Source of the DNA: Ginglymostoma cirratum
Lineage: Eukaryota
DNA length: 64,000 bases
Assembly (NCBI GenBank): GCA_024137785.1
Contig: JAHRHZ010000012.1
Location: forward strand, 68,234,101-68,298,100
Reading direction: 5' to 3'
In this document: positions 25,636 to 37,889 of the stretch, one piece after another
Numbering within the stretch: position 1 is the first letter of the stretch
How the letters are laid out: each line of letters begins with the position of its first letter
The notes under the pieces: generated by a model
What the model saw: the letters and a program-made list of their open reading frames with translations, nothing else
Told to the model about the DNA's origin: nothing
Database searches by the model: none
Made by a program: the position numbers and the translations under genes

Positions 25636-27132
25636 TCAAATTTCATATTTAGAATTTGGTTCAGATGTCTTTGCAGCACTGTTACATGCCTGTCTCTGGA
25701 CAAGTACCATCTTTGCTAAACAAAGTGACCAAATGGCCTACTTCTGCTCCTATTTTTTATTTATGTTCTTATGAACAACCCCACTGTTTGTATATAAGGC
25801 AAAAAGAAATTTTATCTACCTTACTGAAAAAAATAATCCTCAGGGAGTGTGATAATTCATAGAGTCTTTTTGAATTGCAAAGCTGCCTCTTTTTTAGTGG
25901 GTTCTGCAATTTTTATTTCCTTAGATACCAAAAAAAGGCAGTCTTATTTACTGTTTAAAATATTGGAAATATTTAAAAGCATTTTTTCTTAATGGATAAC
26001 ACATTAGTGTGATCTGGACTCGTGTGTAAATGCACCGTGGTGTCTGTGGTGGACTGTAAGTTTTGACAGGAATTTATACCAGGTTTCCTGTCGTATCAAC
26101 AATAGCTGTCACCCTGTGCTGCTTGTGGCACTGTCCTTGAACCAACTGATCTATGTGTCATAACTGTAAGCTGACTTACCAACTTTGATCTCCAAATGGG
26201 CTGAACTTCCAAAGACAAGATTTCTGTCTGTTTTCTCAGCACATTGAATGACAGTAGTGCAAGCAGCAGCATGTGCCCTTGTTCCTTGTGTCAGCCTGCA
26301 TAGCAGCGTAAAACCATCATGTGGTCAAGATGAGTTAATTCAGTAGTCACTGAGGTCCAGTTTGTAATAATATTAGGCCTCTAGAGATGATGCTGCCTCA
26401 TGTAGCATCAAGTGGAAATAAAGAAGTGATTGAAGGGTTTATAACAAAAGTTATTTTCTCTTTTATTCTGCCTTGTACCTGACAAACAATACCATGTATT
26501 TTAGTGACCAGAAATAGCAGTTTTTAGGAGCTGCCGTGATATGAGCCTGTGCTGCTTTTGATTGAGCATGTTACCAAGACGAAAGACAAAAGAGAAAAGC
26601 TACATCCATAGTAACCTGCATTTGTACAGTGCATTTCATGGATCAAAACTTTCCGAAGTGATTCATAGGAGCATAATTGAAGAATTCTGGCTCTGAGTGA
26701 AGATATTGAGATATACGATCATGGAGAGATTTGAAAAGAAGGATAAGAATTTAACAATTGAGTGCTGGACTGGCAACCAGTAATGTCTTGCTTCAAGTGA
26801 AGAGAACAGCATGAGTACTTTCTGTTTTGTGGGATCACCTTAATGTTGGTTGATCAGCTTCATATCAACAATTTTATTTTCCTGCTGCATGTCCTTCCCA
26901 ATCCACATTTATCGGGAATAGGGACTGGAACCAGTACACAATGGCTGCCCTCTACCAGTGACTGGGTTCTTCATGGCCAACAGACCTAGGGCCTTATACC
27001 TCAAAGGCAGGACAACAGTCTGCTTAGTGATTCCAGCTTTCTAATTAGAGAGATTAATTGTAATGTAAAATCTCTGCCTCAGGGGTCAAAGTGCTCAAAG
27101 GTAAGGCAATATAAGGCAGCAGTGAGCAATGT

Positions 27133-27328
27133 GAGATAACAAGGTGTGGGGCTGGATGAACACAGCAGGCCAAGCAGCATCATAGGAGCAGGAAAGTTTG
27201 ACGTTTCGGGCCTAGACCCTTCATCAGAAATGGGGGAGGGGAAGAGGGTTCTGAAATAAATAGGGAGAGAGGGGGAGGCGGATAGAGGATGGAGAGAGGA
27301 GAGGATAGGTGGAGAGGAGGCAGACAAG
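27133..27328 (-). mobile_element. Penelope-like family A mini element
   Basis: Match to 7661-7857. 18-bp TSD with one mismatch, agca(g/a)tgagcaatgtgag, at 27118-27135 and 27327-27344 (overlapping the element ends by a few bases). Confidence 0.92.
27197..27230 (-). ncRNA. Minimal type I hammerhead ribozyme motif (PLE family A), core intact
   Basis: Reverse strand: ttt CTGATGA A GGGTCTAGGCCC GAAA CGTC aaa. Confidence 0.8.
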
Positions 27329-28229
27329 CAATGAGCAATGTGAGGTATGTTCAGAGTGAGTGAGTGCTGCGAATGTGAGTGAAGTGCCCAGAGACGCAGC
27401 CTAATCCAGTCCTGGGTGGTTGTCACAGAACTGGGTGCATGTCCCTATGCACACAGTGTCCTTACAACATTATTCCAGTAACAGGTGCTGTTCCTCCTCA
27501 AGGTACAGCACCGAAGTGCAGAAGCATCCTGTATGTGGAGTGGAGATATGCCATGAGGGCCCTTAGAAGCTTACCTTAGTACCTTAGAAGGTACATTTCT
27601 GATGACAATATGGCATGCGTGTTGCTGGAGCCTATGAAATGTCAATACCCCATGTCCAAAATGGAGGTCCTTCAGAGTAAGTGGTGTGTTAAAGGCATCA
27701 GGTACCTGCTTTGATTTCCAAGTTGCATTTCCCTGATATCCGGCTTGTTTAGCATGTTTGGTAAAATAGGAAGCTGTGCAAAACTGAGGCAAATTGGGAC
27801 GTTAACAAGGAATTTTACAAGCAATAAACTCACCGTACTACTCATAAAAATACGTAAAGATGGAGTGAGATGTATCCAATTTGAAGATAGGCATCACCAG
27901 ACTTCTCATCTGGTTCGGCCACAAATCTTGCCTGAGTCTAACATTGCTCTGACTCCCATTAACTTATAGCCACAATGACACAACGCACATAATAGAATAC
28001 ATAATATTATGCATTGTTCTCTAGTTGTGTCCATCAACATCCGACATTGCTTAAGGCCTGGATGGAAATTTAAACAGTTAATGAATTGTTATCCTGTAGG
28101 AGAAACTAGCCTAAAACAATAGAAGTTGTTAAACTACATGACCTCCGTGCAGAGACAAGAGTTAATGCATGAGGTTGATGATCTTTTATTAAATCTGGGA
28201 AAAGTTATAGCTGTAATATGGTTGAACTG

Positions 28230-28450
28230 TAGAATAGAATTGTGGAAATGTTACAGCACAGAAAGAAGGCTGTTAAGTCTTTGCTTACTCTCCGGAAGAG
28301 CAATTCTTCCAGTTTCTTTCCCCCCAAAAAATCTCCATTGCCCTTCAAATCTTTTTTACTCAGATAATTAAACAAGTTCCTTTTGAAGTCTTTGAGTGAA
28401 TCTGTTGCCACTGGACTCTCAGGTATTGCACTCCAGTCAAGATCAATCAA
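28230..28450 (-). mobile_element. CR1 3' fragment
   Basis: ORF 28205-28450(-) WSAIPESPVATDSLKDFKRNLFNYL. Confidence 0.75.
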
Positions 28451-29092
28451 GACTATTAGCTGTTTGAATTCTGGATCATGGATGATAATAGATCATCTAG
28501 TTATCTGATACTAAACGTCAGTAATTGAACTAGCCCCTCTCTCTCTCTCACATATACACAGAAGCTAGAAAACATTTTTTCAAGTAAACATTTTGAAAGT
28601 TAGTCTTAACAAATTTTTCCTGAATGACTTAGGTACATAGTGTTATCTTTCCTCATTCCCTCTAAACTTTTGGCTGTTATTTTCTGTGAGGTAGAAAGAC
28701 AATGGTGTTATCCTTTCTATTCCTAAAGAAATGTGAACTTTGTGATCCAGTCGCATCAATATAGTGCAATCATATCACACTTTGTTATTGGTCCTGCCTC
28801 ACCACTTAGCTGACCTTAGTTCTATTCATCAATTTCCATATTTTCTATTTCATTGTTTTCCTGACAAGACAGACTGTACTTTGTCTCTTATGAAATTGGA
28901 AGAGCTCATTTTTAGGTTCCTATCCAGAGTTAGCATCGCAAGGCTACTTCTAGGTCCCGGATTTTCCCTTGTTTCATTGCAAGTGTTAAAAATGCACTTT
29001 CCAGTCATCTCATGACATTGAAGATGAATTCTATTTTATAACCTCTATCCTATGATTTCTTTATCTTCAGATATATGAACTTTTTTTGATAT

Positions 29093-30260
29093 TAGTAATT
29101 GCTCAATAATAGCATTCTGGCTTTCAAGTCAGAAAGTTGTGGCAGATGGAGTTCTGCTTGGACAAATGTGAGGTGTTGCATTTTGGTACAACAAACAAGG
29201 GTAGGGTTTATACAATTAATGGTAGGGCCCTGCGTAGTGCTGTAGAACAGAGGGACCTAGGGGCTCAGGTACATAATTCTTTAAAGTTTGCATCACATAT
29301 AGACAGAATGGTTAAAAAGGCTTTTGGTATGCTTGCCTTCATTGCTGAGTCCTTTGGGTATAAGATATGTTTCCTTATGTTGAGGTTGTACAGTACAGTG
29401 GTGAGGCCTCTTCTGGAATACTGTGTCCAGTTCTAGTTGCCCAGTTATAGGAAGGATATTATCAAGCTGGAGAGGGTTCAGAAGAGATTTACCAGGATGT
29501 TGCTGGGTATGGAATGTTTGAGTTATAAGGAGAGGCTGGATAGGCTGGGACTTTATTCATTAGAGTGTAGAAGATTGAGATGTAACCTGATAGAAGTTTA
29601 TAAAATAGTGAGAGGTATAGATATAGTTGATGGTAGATGTCTTTTCCCTAGGATGGGGAATTTCAATACTAGGGTGCACATTTTTAAGATGAGAGGAGAG
29701 AGATTTAAAAAAGACATAAGAGGTAAATTTTTTACACAGAGGGTGGATTGCGTGTGGAATGATCTTCCTGATGAAGTGCTGGATGCGGGTATAATTACAA
29801 TGTTTAAAAGACATTTGGAAGGATATATGAATAGGAAAGGTATGGAGAGATATGGGCCTGGAGCAGGCAGGTGGCACTAGTTTAGTTTGGGATTATATTC
29901 GGTATGGACTGGTTGGACAGAAGGGTCTGTTTCTGCCCTGTATGACTCTGTGACTCTATAAGTCCCACCCCAGAAGTATGAGTACAAAATCTAGGCTGAT
30001 GTTCCATAATAATACAGTAAGAGTGCCACACTGTCAGGTGCTACCTCTCTCATATGATGCCAAATGGACGTCACCCTCTCAGTTGGAGAAAGTGGATGCT
30101 AAAATATAACTTTGGAAAAGAGCAGTTGAGTTCTTCCTGGTGTACAGCTCATTTTTATCCGTCAATCAACATCAGTGAAACAGATTATATTGTCATTATC
30201 AAATTGTTGTTTGCAGGGACATTGTAAAGCATTGTGTAATATTCTATGATACTAATAAAA
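29093..30260 (+). mobile_element. DeuSINE split by a CR1 insertion (pieces about 29093-29140 and 29960-30260)
   Basis: Head ..caagtcagaaagttgtgg stops at the CR1 and resumes as aagtcccaccccag..; Deu domain 'aagagcagttgagttcttcctggtgt..cagattatattgtcattatc'. Confidence 0.75.
29138..29959 (+). mobile_element. Relatively young 5'-truncated CR1
   Basis: ORFs 29137-29436 and 29437-29880 are one frame broken by a single stop: WQMEFCLDKCEVLHFG..RPLLEYCVQF*..LERVQKRFTRM..FFTQRV..WNDLP. Tail tatgactctgtgactctat. Confidence 0.95.
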
Positions 30261-30981
30261 ATAAACAATTTTTCCATTTTATTATCCGATTTTAATACCT
30301 GGACTTTTCATGGACATAAAATGATTTTAAAAATGAAAGAACTTTGACTTACATTGATCACAGTGGTCACCTGAACAGGTTAACCCAAGATCATGAAACT
30401 ACCATTAAGCGAGAATCAATCTGACCTGAAGTTGTTATAAAAAGATGATAAAACTCAGTTGTATCTCCGTGTTTATACATTTCTGGAGATTTCACATATT
30501 GGGATGAAAGTCACCTCCAGATTATCTCTCTCTTTCTTAGCATCTCAAAGACAACGCCCTGGCAAAAGCAGTTTGGAGAAGAATGTAAACTTTATACCTG
30601 TGTGTGCAAATTTATTGTTGCAATTTAGTCTCCTTCTCGGGCTTGATAAGTAATAAAACTCCTTTCTCTTTCACTCAAGAAAACATTGCAATTGGATCCT
30701 TAATTTTAACTTAGTGGGCTGTGTGTTAATCAAAATGTGACTTGGTTATGTGCTGAAAAGAATTAAAAATCTTTGTTGCAATCAGCTGAGGGTGTGGGTG
30801 GGGACTGTTGCAGGATGGTAGATTTGGCGGTTAGTGAAAAAGGGGAGCCAATTCACACCACCTCAACTGGTCGTAACAAAATATGCAAAATATTAGGGCT
30901 TCATTTAATTTAGTTTGTTTTTTATTCACTTATAAATAGTTATCAGTCTTGTAATATAGCTAGAAATACTGCAACGAGCAG

Positions 30982-31371
30982 AATCCTGGTTGGGGGTGGG
31001 GAGGGGAAACAGGTTCCATTTACCAGAAACTGAACTGGACCAGCCATGTTAATACTTTGTCTACACAAGCAGAGCATAGACCATGAATTCTGGGGTGAAT
31101 AATTCAGGTCCTGACTCCCAGCAGCCAGTCCATCACCTATAAGGCATTAGTCAGGAGGGTAATAATATTCCCTGTACTTACTTGGATGAATTCAGCTCTA
31201 AACAACATTCAAGAGACTTAATTCCATCCAAGACAAAGCTGCCCACTTATTTAGTATCCTATTGCTCACCTTAAACCTTCACTCCCTTCACCGCCCATAG
31301 TGGCAGCAGTGGGTACCACATACAAGATGCGCTGCGGCAATTCATTGGCTCCTTCAATTGTACCTCCCAAA
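30982..31371 (+). mobile_element. CR1/L2-group LINE post-RT fragment (possibly same family as 19777-20845)
   Basis: QKLNWTSHVNT.., YKALVR.., IQDKAAHL.., LHSLH..AAVGTTYKM motifs. Confidence 0.7.
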
Positions 31372-31372
31372 G

Positions 31373-31641
31373 CATAGAATCTCTACAGTGTGGAGCAGGC
31401 CATTTGGCCCACTGAGTCCATACCAATCCTCTGAAGAGCATCCCATCCAGACCCACCCTCATCCTATCCCTGTAACCCTGCATTTCCCATGGCTAATCCA
31501 CCTGGCTTGTGCATCCCGGGACAGGACTAGAGTCCAAAGATGTGCAGGTTAGGGTGTGTCTAGGTGGGATGATCTTTGGAGGGTCAGTATGGAATTGCTG
31601 GGCCAAATGGCATGCTTCTACACTGTAGGTGTTCTCTGACT
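31373..31641. mobile_element. Two headless V-SINE 3' halves in inverted orientation
   Basis: 31373-31520 is a minus-strand tail and 31530-31641 a plus-strand tail. Confidence 0.85.
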
Positions 31642-31985
31642 GAGACAGCATGGTGGCTCAGTGGTTAACACTGTGACCTCGCAGCACCAGGGATCCAGAT
31701 TCGATCCCACCTTTGGGTGGCTGTTTGTGCGAAGTTTGCACATTCTTCCTGATTCTGCATGGGGTTTCCTTCGAGTGGTTTGGTTTCCTCCCACAGTCCA
31801 AAGGTACGGTGATTAGGTGGATTGACCATGCTAAATTGCCCATAGTGTCCAGGGGTGTGTAGGTCAGCCAAGGGAATTGCAGGGTGATAGGGAGTGGTGG
31901 GTCTTGGTGGGATACTCTTTGGAAGGTTGGTGTGGACCTGATGGGCCAAATAGCCTGCTTCCACACTGTAAAGATTCTAATCTAT
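31642..31985 (+). mobile_element. HE1-type V-SINE
   Basis: A box tggctcagtggtt, B box ttcgatccc, V-domain, CR1-like tail. Confidence 0.9.
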
Positions 31986-32199
31986 TTTTGGGGCTTTATT
32001 CTTGTTCTCACTACCCCTGTATAAGATGATGCAGTCATGTAGTGATACTACCTTGTACATTTGTGTTGAAATGTTTTAGTGTTTTTTTTCTTTAGATAAA
32101 AAAGCACAAATCCCAAAGATTGTATGATCATACATACATATGAACAACTCTTGTTTCTATTTCTAACCCTCTTCTTATGTTCTTATGCTGCTGACATGT

Positions 32200-33673
32200 T
32201 CTTTTAAACCCTCCAAGTTGGTCCCTTGCATTGATAGTGATGGGATGCCTCCTGTGGGGAATGAGGGTCATCTGTCCACTACAGCAAAGGAAATGCACGT
32301 TATCTCATCCACATGAAGGTCACTTTGGCATTGTCAGAATGAATAAGATAGCCAGAAACAATTTTGGTGGCCAAGTCTTGATTCTGAAATTGAGGAGAAG
32401 GCAGGAATACGTGCAACTTGCATAAGAATTCATGAGGTCCATTACTGTCATTGCATCCATGAGAATGGCCAGAAGGTCATGGTGAAGAATCCATACTGAC
32501 TATGCTGGACCTTCTGAAAGGTGACTGTTTTACATAGTGATTGATGAACATGCTAAGTAGCTAGAAGTTGCTATCATGACCATGCCATCTTCAGAGAAAA
32601 TAATTGCAAGATTGGGGGGAGACTTTTTTGTGAGGTTTTTTGTAATCCGAAACAACTTCTTAGTGATAATGGTTCATAGTATACCTTTCAAAGGTTTATG
32701 AATTACCTAAAATACAATGTAATTCAACACATCGTATCAGGTGTTTATCACTCAGCCACAAACGTCTTAGCAGAAAGGTTTGTTCAGATAATGAAACATT
32801 CCTTATGGGTAAATCAAGAACAAGGATCACTTTCCAAAAGATTGAGCCAATTTTTGTTCACATACCAGAACACAACCACTTAACTCAGAGTTATCCAACA
32901 TTACTCATGATGCAGTGTCAGTGGTACACAGCTTTTGATTTGTTGAAACCATGCATGACCAGAAGCAACAGAATCAGGTTTTCCAACAAGAGAACAAAGC
33001 TGAACATTGCATTTTCCAAAATGGTCAAGAATTGTTCGCAAGGAATTACATCACTGGTGAGAAGGGGAGAGACAGCCATCACTGAAGCACAGACTGGATT
33101 GGTCTCCTATATGGTACAGACGAGAGACACTGTAGGATGGAGAAGACATGCAGATCAACTTTTGGCAACCAGAACAAATGTGCGAGAGACAACATTAATT
33201 GAAGGTCCACAAGTAACTTTGCCAAATAGAGAACCGGTCATAAGCGAGGACAGAACAACAACTGGAGCATCGGAGGTAGACATTACTTTAGTTGAGAGTA
33301 CCACAGTACTGTGCAAACCTTTGGATGCTCAGTCTCAGGAAAAGACAGAAGATGTTCCTAGTACACCTAAAATACTAGAGGTTAAAAACAATAAGAAAAA
33401 TAAAATGATGCCTGAGGTACACTGACCTATGCTACATTAGAATCAACATCCTCTGGAATGTCTTACTTACTGGCTGTTGTATACATGATTGTAAATATTG
33501 TGAGTGATTTCACCACAAGAACGTCTGTGTCCAGTCATGTGACATGGTGATGTCATCAGCTATTTTGGAGGGAAACAGGTCAGACTAACCTTGCTGCCTG
33601 CTGTCTGAACACCTCCATAATAAAGCTCCTGCTGTTCAACACTTTGGCCACCTCACCTTCTTGAAACGTAACA
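32200..33673 (+). mobile_element. Gypsy/Ty3 retrotransposon remnant: integrase plus probable 3' LTR (33475-33673)
   Basis: GCLLWGMRVI..HEGHFGIVRM; RIHTDYAGP; SDNG; YHSATNVLAERFVQ (D,D,E motifs). Terminal segment TGTTG..AATAAA..TAACA. Confidence 0.9.
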
Positions 33674-33899
33674 GAGCTCCAGTGAGGAACAAGAGGGCCA
33701 GCCACATTTAAAGAAGCAGCAGCAAGAGAAGCAGTAATATCAGCTGCCACTTTCCCCTGAGCCACAATGCTGCTTCACAAGTCAGGGGTAACAGAAACAG
33801 AATTGCAGCACAAAGGAGCCTGATACACCCCCAGCAGTACAGTGTTTACAGAGAAAGAATTGGCTTCCCCAGCATAAAGCAGCAGCAGTAATTCAGGAG

Positions 33900-34700
33900 G
33901 CTCAGATTTTCATCACGGCTTGCTGCTGACACCCGCAGCCTCTTGGAATAGGCCCTCCTTTCTCGAGGTGCAGGTGAAGTGGTAGTTAAGATCACCATGG
34001 CTCTGAATTTTCTGTTACCTCCTATTCCTTCAGGGGATCTGCAGGTGACATCTAGGAAATTTACGACCAGCTACTCACAGGTTTGGGGGCCAGTTGATCA
34101 ATGTGACATTTCCCAAGGGTCACTTTGACAGTGATGAGGCCATTCAGAGCCAGAGGACAGTTGTTGCAATGTCTGAATTCCCAGGACGTATAGGGAGTTA
34201 GGACAGTACACTTAGCAATCAGTACACTCACATCATCCTGGCATGTTCATCAATTTAAAGGGATTTCACTTCCTCAATGTTCAACTGGTATTTAACTACT
34301 GGAAGACTTTCTGCATGATGTGCAGTACATTCTGGAGGCCATCATGGCTTGTTCCATGTGCAACAGTTGTATATCCCACAGATATTTGTACTTGCATGAT
34401 CAACAGTTGGATATGTGCGCTCCCACTGCAGTCCAGCCTCAATATACCTGTCAGGGGCAGTGCAACTAAGGCACAGATCTTGGGTTGCCCTTCAGTAAGC
34501 AATAGTTTTGAGAATGGTGGTGGTCCGTTGTCCTTTGCAAAATGTGGTGAGAAGAATATAGCTGGAGGAGAGGTGCTTGGTATTCTCCGATGAGGGGAAA
34601 TTGATAGGGTGAGGCTGATCACCTGTTAACCAGAGATGCCCACAACAACCTCCCCCAGGCAAGTCTCAGATAACCTTAAATTTGTGAAGCTGTAGGGAAC
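33900..34700 (+). mobile_element. PIF/Harbinger (HARBI1-like) transposase remnant
   Basis: VKITMALNF.., SFRGSAGDI, EFPG.., PGMFINLKGFHFLNVQLV (compare the family motif F.NRKG.HS.NVQ.V). Confidence 0.8.
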
Positions 34701-35007
34701 AACAATGGTAAAGCCACTGCATCCTTCCCTCAACAAATTGTTCTCACGGTTCTGAATGATATTCATACCCTTTTCTCATCCTCCATTCATGTCATGCCAT
34801 TCTCCTGAAAACTTATATCCATTTGCAATTCAGAACGTAAAGCAGAACTAGCAGGATAATGGAGAATTCAAATGAAGCACTTTATTTATTTAAATCTTCA
34901 CATACATAAAGACACGGACATATAAGCAATCAAATGAATCTTTTTGTGCAACTACGAAGACATTTCCTTTCCACTTTTCATTACTTCAACATGATGCAAC
35001 CTTTTGA

Positions 35008-35142
35008 CTTCTGAAGAAGGGTCACTGGACCCGAAATGTTAACTCTAATTTCTCTCCACAGATGCTGCCAGACTTGCTGAGCTTTAATAGCAATTTCTGT
35101 TTTTGTCTCTGATTTACAGCATCCACAGTTCTTTCAGTTTGT
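35008..35142 (+). mobile_element. Penelope-like family B mini element starting at the hammerhead core
   Basis: CTGAAGA A GGGTC ACTG GACCC GAAA TGTT aact (35011-35044), then the 3' stem-loop. TSD atgatgcaacctt..ttgacttc at 34991-35011 and 35143-35165. Confidence 0.88.
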
Positions 35143-35775
35143 ATGATGCAACCTTGATTGACTTCAATGGGGCTAGAGGTAGACTGCTTATTCCCTTGTG
35201 CTGTTATGTCTTGCTTCCATCCTTCTTCCGGATGCATTCAGAAATAATATTGAATGCAGCTGTTCTGTTCTCGGATGAGGTGCCTTGAAATAGAGAATCA
35301 TTTATTGATGGGTGTGGCTCATTATCATATCTGCACTCTGGTTGGAAAGCTTGGAGGCAGCATCTTAACGCAGCCGTGACAAATCCTGCTGCTCTGACAA
35401 AGAGATTCCCAGCCTGCTGCCAGGCTCCACAAAACCCCCAGCCTTGAAGTGGGCCCATTTGTGTAGAATTTCTGCTCTTTGTGTCCTCCTCACTACTTAC
35501 TTTCCTGCCTAGCTTTGTACCACCTTGTATGTATTACATTTGGTCCCTTTATCTAACTTGTTGATATAGATTATAAAATAGTTGAACCTACAGCGCCAGG
35601 CCTTAAGGTTTACTCAGAGATGTACAAACTGAAAATGATCATTTTATTCCAGCTTAATATTTCCGTCCTTTAATGGCTAACATGAGTATTTACATAATAT
35701 ATAAAACAGAGTTCCAAAGAAACTCAATGGGACTCAAGTTATATTGGGCACGAAACATTAACTCTATCTGCAGAA

Positions 35776-36086
35776 GGGGTGGAACAGTGGCTTAGTGGTT
35801 AGCACTGCAGTCTTACAGCACCAGGAACCTGGATTCAATTCCACCCTCAGGCAACTGTGTGGAGTTTGCACATTCTCCCTGTATCTGCGTGGGTTTCCTC
35901 TGGGTGCTCCAGTTTCCTCCCACAGTCCAAAGACATGCAGGCTAGGTGGTTTGGCCATGCTAAATTGCCTGTAGTGTTCAGGGGTGTGTGGGTTATAGGG
36001 GGATGGGCCCAGGTGGGATGCTCCAAGGGTTGGTGTGGACTTGTTGGGCAGAAGGGTCTGTTTCCACACTGTAGGGATTTATGATT
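35776..36086 (+). mobile_element. HE1-type V-SINE (followed by a family B PLE remnant 36087-36160)
   Basis: A/B boxes, well preserved V-domain, tail. Confidence 0.9.
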
Positions 36087-36164
36087 ATGCCAGATTTGCT
36101 GAGTTTTTCCAGAACTTTCTATTTTTATTTCCGATTTCCAGCATTTGCAGTGTGTTGTTTTAAA

Positions 36165-36645
36165 TCCAGAAAACCATGTCTTGTGGATTGACCTTTTGTG
36201 TGATGCCTTATGGAATGTTTTATGAAAATCCAAGTATAGTACATTTGTGGGCTTATTTTTATCCACCCTGTACGTTACACCCTCAAAGATCTGTAGTCAC
36301 TTTTTCAAGCATGATTTCCCTTTCATAAAATCATACTGAATGTGCTTTATCATATATTGATTTTCTAATTGTCCTGTCTCCACTTCCTACTAATGGATTG
36401 CAGCATTTTACCTGGAACTGGTCTTAGGCCAACCAGCCTGTATCTCCACAGAAGAAATGGTGAAGAAAATGTCACTGAATATTTTTAAGACAGAGCTGGA
36501 CAGATTCTTGTTAGGAGAATTGAAATTTGTCAGGGGTAGATGGAATATGGAAATCAAAGTACAAACCGATCCGCAATGATATTGAATGACAAAGCAGGCT
36601 TGGGCAGCCAAATGGTCTATTTTGCTCCAATTTGTATGTTCATAA
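36165..36645. mobile_element. CR1 fragments (minus RT piece 36165-36440; plus 3' end 36450-36645)
   Basis: ORF 35847-36266(-) begins NVLYLDFHKTFHKASH. Plus strand reads SLNIFKTELDRFL then 3' UTR. Confidence 0.75.
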
Positions 36646-37889
36646 GTAGGTCATAGTATTCTACACAGTATACAATTACTTCCATCCACATGAACACTTA
36701 ATCCCATTCCTAAATGGTTATTAACCTGTTTCTTTTACTTGAAAACTGGGCTTAATGTGTGAGGAGAAATTCATTATAAGGGTGAGAGAAGCAGAAAATC
36801 ACAAAAGTATAAAAACACATCAACCGTCATGATGGATAGCTATGCATTTAATTCTTATTACCGCCTTCTTATTTGGATTCTTTGTGATAAGATTAAAGTA
36901 GAAAATGTCCTTTTTATCTTTACACATAAATCCCACTGAAGCAATGCCCCAGCCTGTGACATTGCCAACAAACATTTCTCCCTATTGCTCCCAAAATGCT
37001 GCAAATACACATTTGCATTTTCTCCATTAATGCAGTCTGTTTGCACTTTATTTCAGCTTATTTGTGTTTACGTTAAACTGGTATAATTAAGAAACAGCTA
37101 AATATTAGTAATAGTAATTTATACCAAGGTTATAGCAGTTACAAAGTCAATTGTTTTGCGTTCTGTAACTTAATCCTGTAGAAGTGGAGAGTTAAGTTAA
37201 ATTAGTTTAAACATTGCAGTAAAACACACTTGAATTCATAATATCATTATTGAGAAATTATTAATTTTCACATAAATTGCAGAATCTTGTCTCTTTTAAA
37301 ATAATGATTATTGGCCACAGGATGGGCTGCAGCCACAGCTGTGATCTACTGATGCCTGTGACTCGGTTGTGGAATGGGGGTGATAGAAAGTTTTGTAGCT
37401 CATGCCCCACTAACTAAGTGCCCCCAGGGGTCTGCTATGTTTTGGCTTTAGCTGGGAATAGGGGATCCACTGGCAAAAAGATGCCTGGCAGCGTCCCCAA
37501 TCTCTAATTTCTCTACAAATGTGTACTTAATTATTCAAACTGTTTGCCCACACTGTCCGTTTCACCAGCCTCTGGCGAAATTGGCTGGAATCAGGAGTGA
37601 ATTATCCAGTTAATCCAATATATTTCTTTACAAAGCTTTTTTCTGGTCCCAACTTCAGGCCCACCTCCACAAGATTGGCAAGATTCCACAAGTATGGTGC
37701 TGCTCAAAGCAATCTTTAAAAGTGAAATATCTAAGGCAAGGGCCATAGTATTTAGGAGAAGTATGAATTGAATGGAAGATGATGTACATTGAGTGGTCAA
37801 GGGCAAGTTAGCCTCAAATTTATGAAGTTCAAAGCATGCAGATTTTAGAAGGAAAGATACTGTGAGGGAGGCAAGAAGTTCTGGTGCTT

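Noticed and set aside
30541-30605. Candidate exon after ctctctctttcttag
   Set aside because: No convincing donor or recognisable peptide.
32805-33425. 206-aa ORF as a novel protein
   Set aside because: Frameshifted C-terminal region of the Gypsy integrase (SY.VQT..WRRHADQL).
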